Shown here: positions 32,869 through 46,518 of the stretch, piece by piece
Layout: each line of letters starts with the position of its first letter
Numbering within the stretch: position 1 is the first letter of the stretch
Assembly: GCA_964187785.1 (NCBI GenBank)
Contig: OZ076409.1
Span: 1,364,001-1,428,000 of the forward strand
Length of the DNA stretch: 64,000 nucleotides
Reading direction: 5' to 3'
Source of the DNA: Amphiscolops sp. MND2022
Taxonomy: Eukaryota
Position numbers and translations under genes: made by a program
The notes under the pieces: generated by a model
The model's database searches: none
Told to the model about the DNA's origin: nothing
Seen by the model: the letters and a program-made list of their open reading frames with translations, nothing else

Positions 32869-35675
32869 TATTTAATCATAGACGTGCCTAGCCTGTTCCG
32901 ATATGACCCTAAAATTCCTCGCACTTACATGCGCTTTAGTAGTTTTACTTCGGCTGTCGAAAATTTCAAACTCGTAGAACTATCTAAACTAACAATTTGG
33001 TCGTTTTGACCAAACTGAACCAGAATTGGCAGAAATTCATTATCAAAAAAATAGACGGTCTATGTGCTAAATGATTCAATCCACATGCTAAGCCATGTCC
33101 TAAAATTAAAAAAGAAGCGTACAAATATCACAAAGCTCAGAAACAACCGAAGTACGAACTGCGAATGGTAGACGACGTCGGAAATGGTTTGTTGAAAGCT
33201 GCTTCTTAAGTTTTAAGCAGGCTGGATTTCAATTTCTTTGAAAAGAGCTGAAAATCATATGCCGACATCATGAGAAATAAAATGAGCATTGGCCTCTTAA
33301 AAGCTCGTTCTTGTGCCTCCGCGGCGGATGTTGTTCACTTAAACTTCAACTTGAACTAATTGAATCTGCAATAGGTGCAATAGCGGAAAAGAGAATAGCG
33401 TCTGTCATAATTTCACCGCATGGTATCCTTGGACGTGCATTTCTTGCTACATTTCTACAATATGACAAGCATGTCTCACGTTGTGACATGGTGGATTAAT
33501 TTCCTCCACTTGCTAAGGTTTTTATTATTCCTTTTACGAGACCGCTATTGACACTGTAAGGAGGTTCTGCAGCTTGCAGCGAACATGACACCCTCATTTT
33601 AAAAATGCATGCCCTTGTTGCAACATGGGCTCCCCAGGCGGCTTATTTTTCAACAGGAACTGGGTTCTTATACTCAGGGTTCTTATTTAAAATAACCGTT
33701 TGCCTGTATTTCAAACAGCACCGACTGAAAAAAGGTTTGAATTGAACGTTTCCTGTTCTCTGTAGGACCCTCAAGATTTTCGTAAAATTTTAAATTTAGA
33801 TTTAATTTAGGTTGAGAGATTTTTCGAATTAGGGTATAATTTTTCCCCCAAATTGAAAGTTTTAGAGTGATTAGAAGGTCAAATTTCTTTTTGACTCTTA
33901 TTTTGGGCCTCTTCATTTCTGCATGTTTGTTTCGCAGAAGGTTTTTTGCCAATTTACTTGTGCAATTAATGTTGTGCAGTTCTGAGAAAAAGCCAAAATT
34001 TGTCCAAAAATGACCAAAAAACGACCATTTTCGAATTTTTCCGATTTTCTTAAGACTGTCTATACGATTGAAACGGAACTTTTTACAATCATTCTACATA
34101 CGAACCTTTTACGGTCTTTCATTCTACATAGGGTCCTATGTGTGCAATGACATCGAAATGGTGTGACTGGGATTTGAGAAACATGGCCAAAATTAGTACA
34201 AAAATGACCAAAAGACAAAAAGTACGTATTCAATATTTTAATCCGTTTCCAACTCCTTTACCGCACGTGCGGCTCTTGTTTTTCATGCTGCATCCAAAAT
34301 GCATCAAACTCTTTTCATGATGTTCAAACTTTTAGGTTGCAAACTCAAGTAGAATACAATTTTAAACGATTATTCGAAATAAGTGGTACGTTCACAATGT
34401 GGTATCATAACTTCATTTGAATCAAGAAGGGGAAAATGTGAAGGGTGAAAGAACATTTTAGAACATTTTTATGGAAGAAAACAGGAAGCAGGCGATGATA
34501 AGTAGGACGATCAAAACTGTCCCTCCCAACAATCTGAAAAGAAAGGGAAGGAAACTGGTAGATTGAAGCAGGTGTACTTTGCACTTTTTCCATGTGCCAT
34601 GCAAAATATTTCAAGTTCCTGCCAGCAACAGCGCACCAAGTTGAAGTGCGATCAATCTTTTTTCCCGCTGCACACATCCACTAGCACGTTATATTCTACA
34701 GCATAACCCCCCCCCCCCCGAGGTCTCAAAAAAGACACGAAAAAAGAAGAAATGCGAAAATGTGACACCTTTCTATGCACCAGGTGGGTATTTGGTATTT
34801 GTTTCAAAACAGGGTAGGGAAAGTTACCTAAAGGTAAATTAAGAATTTACAAGCCCAAGAAAGATATTGAGAAAAAGTTAAAAGAGACAAAGATGCTAAC
34901 TTTTTCAATTCACATCCCCCCCCTCCCTAAAAAGGTGACCCCCACCACTTGAGCCTTCGCAGCCTCTGACGTAGTTACCTTCTTTTACCAACATTAGCGT
35001 TGTAGTTAGTAGTGGTTTCAAAAGTCAGTATGCTTTTAAGCATTTAGTTTTTTGCGATTGTTATTTTTGAGAACTTTGGGTTCTTTGAATCCGGCAAAAT
35101 TGATATCATTTATGTTTTGTTACGGTTGTGTTCTTAATGGGCGGTGACATTTCAATCAAGCTGAGATATCTGCCAACATGATCTATGGAAAGGAGAGAAA
35201 AGACTGGTAACGTTGGTTCAATAGAAGCTTCTCTCTTCAAAATTGAATTTGCTGGGCGCTGAGATAAGTCGAGGCCGAGATGAACTTGATGTTCAAAAAC
35301 TGATCAATAACTCTTGGTGAACATTAATTTTTTGGTCCGCTCTGACGACAGAACTAATAACTGAAGACGTTTTATTCAGACATAGTTTAACATTTTTTGC
35401 TTGAGCGATTAAGACACTGACAGTTTTTCTTACAATGAACATCAAAAAGATTCAAACCAAAAATTATATTGACAACGAAAATTACATCCAAAACTACTTT
35501 CCACTAGAAACATTTCGCAAAGCGCCGCATATTCGTTAGAAAGGAACCATTTTTAACCCAACAAGACTAACCAGAAATCTGACGCATTTTCAGAAGTCTG
35601 AACTCTGCACCTTGCATTCAATTTTTGCTTGTTTCGTTTGATGTCGGAAATTGATAAAATTGAAATTCAGTTTTA

Positions 35676-36198
35676 AACAAGCCGGGACCGGCCCAAGTCG
35701 GCGCCATATCCAAGGCTCAAAAATAGCAAAAGGACTTCCAAATGTCAATTTACAGTACTCGAAAATCGAAAAGCCAAAAAAATGGACCGAGTGGCGCGCC
35801 GGGGCCCGCTAGCGCGAGCCCCTGGCGCGGTAAAAAGAAGAAAAATTTAGAAAAAAAATCTCACAATGCCGAAAAAAACTGAAAGGGGGACCCTTTGGGA
35901 TTTTTCAACATCTATTCTGTCGCAAAACAGCAAAAAAAATTGAAGGGGGACCCTTTGGGAAAAAAACAATTTCCCCAAAAAAAAGTCTCGCAGTGCCGAA
36001 AAAAATTGAAAGGGGGTCTCGCCCGGTGTGGTATGTTACGCGGGAAAACATTTTTGGTTCAGTTTGCTAGACCAAATAGTGCAATTTGGTGCCATAATAT
36101 TTCATAGAACTTTTAAGAACTATTTTGGTCAGTTCGTGTGCATTGAAAAAAAAGCCACTATAATAGTCGCGTTTCACTTCATGAAGCGCCGACTAAAA
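35676..36198 (+). mobile_element. HINE/Helentron-like repeat copy
   Basis: aacaagccgggaccggcccaAGTCGGCGC ... tagtcg..GCGCCGACTaaaa: inverted subterminal repeats plus terminal stem-loop, no TSD seen. Confidence 0.7.
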
Positions 36199-37389
36199 AT
36201 GCCGCCAGTTTTGAGTCCAAGTGGAATTTGACTGCACTCCCTTTTTTGGAGCACAATCGTCGTTATCGAAACAAGTGGTAGCAAGTCCATCTTAGCGACG
36301 CGCTTCGGCAAACTAACTTCTATGAAAACTGCGTAACTGAGAATTAATTATTGGAAAAGTAAGTAAGTAAGTTAATAACTGCCGAGAATACAAAAGCAGT
36401 TAGCTAGATACAAAAAATCTCATTTCTGGTGATTTAGATTGCTATGATGTACGTCATTCACTTAAAATTTTACCACTAATTCGAATCCAATCGACTTCTT
36501 GAACAGCAGATTTTCTACATAACCCTCCTCGAATCTGCCGGCAAGTTTTCCATGCTGCATTCATGCATGCAGGCTAATTTTTTATAAAACATGGAAAATT
36601 CAGGGACCCTGCATGGAAAAATTTTGTAAAACTTCCAAGCATTTTCTAAAATGCTTTAAGCATATCTATGCACTTTGAAAAAACTTCCAAGCATTTTACA
36701 GAACTTCTTATAAAAAAAGGAAGCAGCAAAACGAGTGACCCTAGACCTCCAAAGAAAAAATAATTCAAATTTCAACCAATCAAAACAGCCAAATTTTAAT
36801 ATTCCGTTCTAAAGTAGTTCTCTAAAAATGCCGTCTAGAACTTTGTTATGGAATTGTTTTAGTTTCTCCTAACCCGAAAAGTGATAAATATTGCCTATTC
36901 CGACAGTTTCATGCAAAACATTTTTTCCACCGAAAAAAATTCCAGTAATACGAAATTGTTTACCACACTGGCACACGTAAAAATTTTGTTTACATCTTAT
37001 GTTAGCGTCAGCACTCATAAATTTTGAGGTTTTGCCCGCAAAAACATGGAAAGGTTCGCGGGTTATTTGTCTTTAATTTCCTTGATGCTGCTCTGAAAAC
37101 CCGCCAAATTGTAGAGAAATCTTGATAAATACCTGAAAAATTAGTGACGCAGCATGAAAATATTGAGCATGAAAACTTCTCTGAGCAGCTCCCAAAAACC
37201 TAATAAATTAGTCTTGCAACCTATAAAAGCATGTAAAACTTTCGAGCACTTTCAACTAGGGAAGCTTTCCGTATTACTTTCCCGCCTCTCAAATTTATTT
37301 GTGTAAAGCGAGGAAAATCGCCATCTGTATTGCGTTTCTCAACGAATTTTGCCGAAAATCCACCTAGTGGTGAGATCATTAATTCAGTT

Positions 37390-37460
37390 ACTGTGTTAGC
37401 CCAGTTGGTAGGCCCTCCGCCTGCCAATCCGTAGGGCGCAGGTTCGAACCCGGGCATGAC
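37390..37460 (+). pseudogene. tRNA(Gly-GCC)-like SINE head or pseudo-tRNA
   Basis: A box TAGCCCAGTTGG, loop CTGCCAA, B box GGTTCGAACCC; stems pair poorly; similar ctgccaa...GGTTCGAGTCCC at ~54463-54486. Confidence 0.5.
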
Positions 37461-38272
37461 ATTTTTTTGCAATAAATTACGCCAATGCTTAGCGGGCGTC
37501 TTGCATGTTCAAAGGTTTGTCGCATTGGCTGATACATCCACATCATTGCAAGGATACTCTCCAATGGATAGAGATGAAAAACTTGAAAAAAACTTGGATG
37601 ATTCAGTGATCGAAGATGCAATTGAGCATGTTAGCAGAAATGAGAACATCTTGCAAGATTCTTTCAAGTGTTTAAAAGAAAAAAGAAAATGCACTCAAGG
37701 AAAAACAAACTAACCTGATGTTGATTCAAGATGCCTAACAAAGAAAATGAAAGTAACTTCAAAATGTGAAACCGAGCTCTGACATTTATTGACATGACCT
37801 TGAAGTGAAAAACGCTTCTCGATCATTTCGCAGAACTCTAAAACGTCATTGCCATATATGGTACGACAACGTTTTCATCTTTTTAGCATTTAGTAGCCGC
37901 ATTTCAAAGAAGCTTACCCCAACTACCAGGCAGTGATATTATTTTGTATGTAACTCAACGTGTTTTCTGCATATACACAGAAAGTACAAAAAGCAGAAAA
38001 AATTACCAAAAAAGTAGAAAAAGGGTACCCAAAAAGCAGAAAAAAGTACCAAAAAAGTAGAAAAAAAGGTACCAAAAAGCAGAGGACCCTCAGTTTGACT
38101 AACGAAAAATTTCAAAGCGAATGATTTTTGACACTCTCATTTACAAACAATTTCAGACGCGAAAGTCTCTCAAATTTCGATCAGAATTACAACTATGTTT
38201 TTGTTGCGAAGTCAAATCAAATTTTTAAAAATTATATTACATGGTTTTTTGAGGACGGAGGACACTTGTGAT

Positions 38273-38949
38273 TTTTAGTCGGTGCTTTTATTAATAAAAA
38301 AAGCCTGGCTATTACAGTCACTCGTTTTTTCTTTTGTTTTCTTTAAGACAGTATTGAATGCGACGAAATTTTTGTTCAGTTTGTTCAACTAAACGAATAC
38401 CTGGGAAACGCATCTAAGTTATCGCAAAGGGTCCCCCATTTCAGTTTTTACTTTTTAAACGTTACATACAAAACCGGAGTTAAGCGCTATATCCGAATTT
38501 TTGACGTTATATCCGAACGTTTGCGTTGAACTTAATGACGCATCATCTCAAAATCAGGTCAGAAGCAAAACTTCCCCAATCATATTTGCTTCTGACCTGA
38601 TTTTGAGATGATGCGTCATAGTCCCCCTTGACATTGTTTTTCACCATTTATAGTTAACAGTCCCTTAAAATGATTTCTTCTCCCTTACAGTATTTTTGGC
38701 TCTGTTTGACCTTTTTTTCGAAAAAAAATTCTTTTTTTTCACCGAAGGGTCCCCTTCAATTTTTTGATATTTTCCGACAGAATGGATGTTGAAAAATCCC
38801 AAAGGGTTCCGCTTTTAGTTTTTCGGCATTGTGAGACTTTTTTCAATATTTTTTTCATGAAAGGGTCCCCAATTGACCAATACTTTTGAAGTCCTTGTGC
38901 TATTTTTGAGCCTTGGATATGGCGCTGACTTGGACGTTCCCGACTTGTT
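38273..38949 (-). mobile_element. HINE/Helentron-like repeat copy containing an 85-bp foldback (38535-38619)
   Basis: Family ends; 35-bp perfect IR 38535-38569/38585-38619. Confidence 0.65.
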
Positions 38950-39255
38950 TTTTCTAGTCGGGACAGTAGCTCTGGACCTACACAATACCTAGCGTAAAAT
39001 AAACAAGCCGTGAATGGTCCACGACTTCAGGTTCAAGCAGAGTAAAGTACTATACCTATGCAAAAGAATACTATTTTTAACAAATTCTATCAAATTTACA
39101 GGGCCAAAAAACACCCAAAAGGAGACCCACAAGACTCGAAACATGAAAAAATCCGAATTTTGAAAAATAATTCAAAGTTTATTCTATCGAAAACATTTCA
39201 TAGTGACTAAAAACCCTAATGAAGACCATTGAAATTCGCTGTAAATGTCTGCTAT

Positions 39256-40152
39256 TTTTTAATCGGCGCATTTTAGGAGAAAATGAGCCCGACTATTACA
39301 GTGGCTAGTTTTTTTTTCGTCAGATAACAGAATGTATGCGTAGTGGACACTTTTTACAGAACAGAACTACTAAACTAAAGTACTGGATCGGCAAACGGGG
39401 AGCGTATTTAAGATAGTGCAAAGGGTCCCCCCTTTCAGTTACTCCATTTTTATCGTAAGATACAAAACCTGACGAGACAATAGGGTCCCCCTTTTGAGTT
39501 TTTTTCGGCACTGTGCGACTTTTTTTTCGAAATTTTTTTTGTCTCCAAAGGGTCCCCCCTTCAATTTTTTGCTGTTTTGCGACAAAACGGATGTTGGAAA
39601 ATTCCAAAGGGTCCCCCCTTTCAGTTTTTTTCGGCACTGTGAGATTTTTTTTCGAAAATAAAAAATTTTCATCCCTTCAATTTTTTGATGTTTTGCGACT
39701 GAATGGATGGTGAAAACCCCAAAAGGTCCCTCCTTTCAGTTTTTTTCGGCACTGTGAGATTTTTTCCGAAAATTATTTTCTCTCCAAAGGGTCCCCCTTC
39801 AATTTCTTTGATATTTTACAACACATTGGGTATTTAAAAATCCCAAAGGGTCCCCCCTTTCAGTTTTTCGGCATTGTGAGACTTTTTTTCGAAAATTTGT
39901 TTTTTCTCCAAAGGGTTCCTCCTTCAACTGCAACAAAAATGTTGACAATTTTGGAAGTGTCCCTCTTTTAGCGCGCCAGGGGCTCGCGCTAACGGGCCCC
40001 GGCGCGCCACTCAGTCCATTTTTTTGGTTTTTCGAAAAAAAAATTCGATAAAATTTCGAAAAAAAAATTTTAAGTTTTTTTTCAAAAAAAGTCTTTTACG
40101 CTTTTTGAGCCTTAGATATGGGGCCTTAGACTTTAGACGTTCTCGTCTTGTT
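39256..40152 (-). mobile_element. HINE/Helentron-like repeat copy with expanded internal tandem blocks
   Basis: Repeated ccaaagggtccccc...cggcactgtgaga units; end gacgttctcgtcttgtt. Confidence 0.7.
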
Positions 40153-40398
40153 CAAGAATGTATGGGTCACGTAGTTGAGACTGCTTGAACTTTTTACATG
40201 CTGCAGGTTTGCATGCAGGGTAATTGTTTTTATAAAACCTAGAAAATTCAGGAAGCATCCGGTGGTAAATCTTGTAGAATTACACTGCATTCTCCACTAC
40301 TGCAAGTAAATTTGAAATTATTTCCTTCTTCTTTACGGACATAATCGCGTTGTATTCACACATTAATTTCTCAACTACTCATTTGATTTAATCACTGT

Positions 40399-40800
40399 TT
40401 CTCAAACAGCCTTAGGAGACCTAAAAAGTTTCGAAAAAAAATCAAAAAATTAGAATTTTGAACAGTGTCACAATGCCAAAAAATGTAGAAGGGGGACCCT
40501 TTGGGATTTTTCAGCATCCATTTTGTTGCAAAAAGTTGAAACAATTGAAAGGGGTGCAATCAAAAAGTTTCAAAAAAGTCTTCAGTGCCGAAAAAATCAA
40601 ACTGAAAAACACCAAGATCCTTAAAGGGGATCCTTAGTAGCCAAAGGGGGATCCTTAGTACGTTTTCGAGGTTCCGGACGTCGGTTTTGTTTCTTTTTGT
40701 TTTGGACGAGGTTCTGTGGTTTCCAGTGTTTTGAACCTCTGTAGTTCAAGTTGTTGAACAAATGAACAAAAAAGTGGACCTTCAAAAGCGCCGACTAAAA
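40399..40800 (+). mobile_element. Partial HINE/Helentron-like copy
   Basis: gggggaccctttgggattttt block; ends gcgccgactaaaa. Confidence 0.55.
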
Positions 40801-41156
40801 ACAGACCTTCCGGCAAATGGTGCATAAAATCCAAATATGGACGCAAATAATAATTTATGAACTGCTCCCTTAAATGATCGAAACTGAAACTTTACAGCCA
40901 AATTTACGTCCACATGGTTGGAGATTTCTATTTTTTTGCGAAAACAAGTTTCACAAAGTTTTGAAAGTAATCTTTGCCACCGATCCTCTAGTGTTTGACC
41001 TTTTTCGAAGCCAATTGAGTCATGTCAAGAAGAGTTTTTAGGGACAGCTGTGTCAGTTCTGGATAACTTTCCCCCTATTTTTGACATTAGTCTAACAAAA
41101 AAACGTTCAATTGCCAAAGTAAATTGCCCCCTTATTTCCTGAAAATAAAGAGAAGT

Positions 41157-41559
41157 GGTGTCCGGACATTACGCCCAAAGACATTACGCCCAAGGACATT
41201 GCGCCCAAGGACATTACGCCCAAAGCGGACATTACGCCCAAATGTAAATTACGCACAAGGAAATTACGATAATGTAATCAGCTATGCTCACATACCCCTA
41301 GTGCCCTAAATGCAGGAGCGAAGCGAAGCGGAGCGACGTGCCAATATGGCCATGCCTCAATGTTGCTACTTGGCGAAGGGAGCGAAGCGACCGAGCCATA
41401 CAACAAACATGCTAACCTCTTCAAATAATAACCTGAAAAAAATCGCTGCTATTCTCTTTGAATAGCCTAATTTCCTTGGGCGTAATTTCCGTTTGGGCGT
41501 AATTTCCTTGGGCGTAATGTCCTTGGGCGTAATGTCTTTGGGCGTAATGTCCTAGAACC
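41157..41559. mobile_element. MULE/foldback-type MITE with tandem-repeat TIRs
   Basis: 9-bp TSD aagagaagt (41148-41156, 41560-41568); GG..CC ends; 15-bp gacattacgcccaag repeats inverted at the two ends. Confidence 0.85.
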
Positions 41560-41929
41560 AAGAGAAGTATTCTGTTTCACACCAGAAATATAAACTTTTT
41601 GGATTATTCAGCAAATTCTTGTTTTGCAACACGGAAAAGAAATATGAAGTATTCTGTTTCACACCAGAAAAATGAACTTACGTTGCTAATGTTTGAAAAT
41701 AAATTTCATTTTCATTCACGCTAGAACCTAGAATTACTATCAAACTTGATATCAATAATAATATCAGACATTTCGGAAAATCCGCGAGCCGTATATCTTC
41801 ATCTAAAAAAGTCAATTTTTTAAGCAAATAGTTAGACGTTTTTTTGGATCTGACCGGTTTTACCGAAAAGTGCTTTGTATAGTCAACAAAAAATCTGGGA
41901 GTTTTTTTAAAGAAAACATGTCCGGAGAG

Positions 41930-42634
41930 CAGTGAATTGTACGCGATACACGATACACCACAGGATACACGATTTTTTGCTTTTTCAAAACACGAACCTA
42001 CACGATACACGAGTTTTTGAAATATACACGAAAAATACACGAAATAACACGATAATTACATTGAGCGCGTGAATATGGCCATTGACCGTAAGAATTGCAA
42101 GAATTGATCCAAAAATTGATCCTTGAGATTTTAGCCATTCCAACAAGCTCAGGAGCAGTCGAAAGGCTATTTTCTCAATGTAACAGACGATGCGCGAATA
42201 GAAGAAACCGTATGTCGCCAAAAAACTTGGAAATTTTGTTTAAAATGAGTAAGATTAAAATCAAAATTTCGAAGTTCCCTATTTCATTTTTCAGAAAAAT
42301 ACACGAATATGCACGATTATACAGGAAAATACACGATTTTTTAAAATACACGAATACACGTAACTGTTTTTGCAAGTACACGAAAAACTTGATATAGTAA
42401 ACCCTCGATTATCCGCCACTAGATTATCCGCCACTCGATTATCCGCCACTCGATTATCCGCCACTCGATTACCCGCCACCTTAGGTCAACTGCCACAAAT
42501 CTACGGGGAAATTTTGCTATACCACCCGTGTCTAAGCTCCCTTAATTAACCGCCACTCTCACTTATCCGCCATAATTCGCGCTGGACCGATGGTGGCGGA
42601 CAATCGAGGGTTTACTGTACACGACAATTCACTG
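41930..42634 (+). mobile_element. Non-autonomous hAT element retaining the transposase C-terminal dimerization fragment
   Basis: TIR CAGTGAATTGT/ACAATTCACTG; 8-bp TSD ccggagag (41922-41929, 42635-42642); ILAIPTSSGAVERLFS..RRNRMSPKNLE at ~42125-42240; atacacg subterminal repeats. Confidence 0.92.
42395..42617. mobile_element. pogo/Tc1-type MITE nested in the hAT element
   Basis: TA|tagtaaaccctcgattatccgcc ... ggcggacaatcgagggtttactg|TA; 15-bp ctcgattatccgcca tandem. Confidence 0.85.
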
Positions 42635-44307
42635 CCGGAGAGAGATGTTTTGGCTATGTGAGAGCATGAAGATGAACAAATCTATTTTTTTCTTGAATAT
42701 TGGGTTGTTTGGCGCCAACCGAAGGGTGCGCTTGTATGAGTGCGAATGGGTGGAATTTGATTTGACGTGTTGGGTCGTCTATCGGAGGATAAGTAATTCA
42801 AACATTATCTACCCGAAATGACAGCGAGAAGGAAAGCAGGGGGAATGTTGAACGGAAGCGAGTGGGATCAATCGAATTACGCGGGAAAATGAAATCAAGA
42901 GTGCAGGCATATTACCTGTGAATGTCTTGCTGAAAGTATTCCACGTCTTTGCTTCCTATCATTTTGCTAGCATCAATATTTCAAGAGTTACCTCACCGCT
43001 ATCACCCCTTTTTTTACATCTGCAGCAGGTCCCCTCAAAGTGTGTGTCTCCCCAAAAAGTGGAAAAATGTGGGAAAAAACGATTTTTAGAAACCGGATTG
43101 AATCCAAATTGAGGAAAATTGGGGAAAATTGTGGAAAATTGCAGACGGCGACCCATTCACTTGTGTATACTTTATAAACAAGTTGTCTGTTTCAATAGAG
43201 GGTGAGCTTTGTTAGCTCAGAGTCAGGAGTGTAAGTTGGGATAGAAAACTAATCGATGGAATTCGCGGGAAACAGGAGTTTTATTCAGCAAGAGAAGGCA
43301 AAATTTGGGAGGCGATAGTATTTGCTAGCTCATACTGGTTGGTTGTGGGAGGCGGGAAATTGGGGAAGACTTGTTTTACTTTTTCGCCATCTTTTTTCTC
43401 CCGAGGGGGGGGGTAAGGATTTGCGCAGACAATAAGTAGGAATAGGCTAGCTGTGACTTCGGTTAGGATTATGCATTGGAATAATTATAACACATAACTG
43501 TTTGTGAAGTTAATTTTTTGTATTATCTCTCAGCCAATCGCGTCGCTTCATTCGTTCCACGACCAACGTGGAATCTTTTTTACCAACCAACTCTCTCAAC
43601 TGCAGCTTGCTGAAAATTGTCCGTGGCGGGAAACTGAAAAACAAACCAGTGGTTGTATCGGGAAAAAGGAAAAGAAGGAAAAGGGATTGGGACTAGAGAC
43701 ATTTTTCCTGGATTTCTTCTTGCTTAAGTGACGTGACCGTAGCCACTTTTTATTCGCCGTTTGATGCACATATTATACTACAAGCAAAAATTCATTCACA
43801 TTTCGTTCATACTGCTAGCCAAGCCCTGCGGGCGAAAAAATCATCCAGAATTTTTAAAAGACGGAAAATACCGCGCGATGGGAGGCATTTGCTTTTTCTT
43901 CCTACTGGAGCTGCTTCTATCAGAACAGTTATAAGTTATATTACCAATTATTATTACTAAACTTACTTTCCTTTTACATTTTGTATTCAATGGACCGGGC
44001 GCTAGGACAGTTTTCACAGTTATGAGCATATAAAAACGAAGAAAAAAGATCACTTTACCTTGCAGCAAAAAGTAAGTATGTTTAATATTATATATGTATA
44101 TGTATAATATTGGAAAGTGCGCTCTCTAATTCTACAAGTTTTTCCAGTGGGCTGCCTGAATTTTCTATATTTTGTTTTAAAAAAATACCCTAGTATGTAT
44201 GAAATCAGCATGAAAAAATTCCCAGCTGGCTCAACTAAGGTGTGATTAAGTTTTTTGAAAAAAAAGACCTTTTTGTATGTGAAGTTGAAATTTACGACTT
44301 TTTGGTA

Positions 44308-46518
44308 CCCTAGAGTTATAAAAATACAAACCTTGCAAAAAACTTGCAAGACTCTTGCAAGACCTTGCGAAACAATGCATTATTCTTGCAAGACGTCTTG
44401 CAAGAATCTTGTAAGAAAGACATTGACCTTGCAAGAATTTTGCAAGAAAGACATTGACCTTGCAAGAATCGTGCAAGACAGACATTGACCTTGCAAGAAT
44501 CTTGCAAGGAAGACAATGATCTCGCAAGGAAGACATTAAACTTGCAAGAATTTGCGGGAAAAAAGTCATTGAACAAGATTTAGCAGAGATTGATACAATC
44601 CTGGAATGATGCCTGAGTGAAAGTTTTTGATCTTCACGGTGTCAGAAAAGCTTCAAGTTCACGGTTCCTTTCGAGACAGTTCAAAATTTTTGATGGTTCA
44701 AAATTTATGCGATACCAATACCATGAAAATAAACTAGGATTGCGTTTGTACACTGAGATAAAAAGGTATAATCATGCAAATCAAAATGCTAAGAAGGGGC
44801 ATCTCAGGGGAGCCTTGTTCGATAATTCAGGAGAATAGCATCAAACTATTTGTCGCGATTGTTGTCACAAAGAAAGTAAGTTTCGATTCTGCAATTAACT
44901 TCTCGGTTGCGGCTTCTTTGTTGTTTCCCTGGGCTCCAGCATCAATTCTTCAAGATCTGAACAAAAAGAATTATTTAGATTGATAGAAGCTACACTAAAT
45001 ACCCTAAATAAACAAGGACTACTTGGTTGGCTTCTTGATGCATGGTCCTAAGTTTTTCACAGCGATTTTTCACTTAGTTTCTTCCTCGAAAAACAACAAC
45101 TCTCGACTTCGCCGAAGTATCATTTCAGTTCTCAAAACGAATGATTCGAGTTTACTCTTACAAACGTTTACTTTTACACAGTTAAACAAAGCTTTTTTGC
45201 CAGTCAGGAGTTCTCTCTTAACCAGAGTAATATTGGAAAAAATTAAATTGTTGAAAAACAACTTAGGCATTCTTTACTTAACGTAGGGTCTTCTTTAGCT
45301 GATGAAACTTGACTTGATCGAAATCGGCAGAGGAAAGGAACTGACTTCTAAAGCTAGTTGTTGGTTTGGTCTTTCCCTGTCTTCTTTAGACAAGCAGCAA
45401 TTCGACGTCAGAATTTATGTTTCTTCGCAGGCAACCAATCACTGGAAAAACTTCTGCTTAGTTGTGTGTAACGTTTTCAAAGATAAAATATAACATTTTT
45501 AAAGTTTGAATGTAAGGTTTTCAAAGTTCAGGTATAACGTTTTTGAAGTTTTGATAAAAATTTTCACAGTTCGGATTTAACATTTCGAAGTTCTGATATA
45601 ACGTTTTCAAATTTCGGATAAATTTTTTTAGAGAACGGTTGTAACATTTCAAAGTTCAGATATAACGTTTTCAATGTTCAGAAATAACGTTTTCCGAGTT
45701 CGGATAAAATTTTTCACAGTTCGGATGTAGCATTTCAAAGTTGTGATATAACGTTTTTAAAGTTCGGTTATAACGTTTTTAAAGTTTGGATGTGACCTTT
45801 TCAAAGCTCGGGTGTAAGGTTTTCAAAGAGCAACCTATTCGTCAGTTTTTCTTCTCATAAGGTATAATGGGTGCTTCGACAGCCATTTTACACTATATTA
45901 GAGAGTCCTAAATGCACACTTTTCAGAGAATTGTAAACCGGGAGGTGGGCGTCATTTTGCGAGTAAGCTTTTTGACTTTTTTGCTTTCAAAAAAGGAAAC
46001 AAAAGTGGTCTTTTAAAAAAAACGGTCTTTCAATTAGCAACCACTACTTTTGTGTAAGAATTTGGAAGTCACCTTGACTTTTCATTACTTTGTGGACTTG
46101 ATTTAATGACTGAAGTATGAGAGACTCCCAACTCGTAGTTCATCTGGTCAAACTTTTCCTCAGTCGAAACGAATACTTTCTTTAGCATTTGTAGTTCCTG
46201 GATTCCAAACCAGCTCCTCACGGAACCAATTCATCCGAAAGGGAAAATATTAAGAAATCCAAATCAGGAATAAGGTACGATGTGTAGTTCCTGGAATTCA
46301 AACCAGCTCCTTACGGAACCAATTCATCTGAAAGGGAAAATATTAAGCTTGCAAGTTACTTGCAAGACAAATAGATGTCTTGCAAGATTGTGTTTGTACA
46401 TCAACTTGCAAGAATCTTGCAAGGTTTCTATTGTCTTGCAAGAAACTTGCAAGAGATCTATTCTTCGCAAGAAACTTGCACGATTCTTGCAAGAGTTGTA
46501 TTTTTTTTTCAACTAGGG
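44308..46518. mobile_element. Probable non-autonomous DNA transposon with CTTGCAAG arrays at both ends
   Basis: TA|CCCTAG..aaaaatacaa and ttgtattttt..CTAGGG|TA ends; cttgcaaga arrays at 44330-44560 and 46348-46495; internal ~20-bp tandem at 45460-45830. Confidence 0.6.

Noticed and set aside
37390..37460. Functional tRNA-Gly gene
   Set aside because: A and B boxes are present but the acceptor and anticodon stems pair poorly; treated as SINE/pseudo-tRNA
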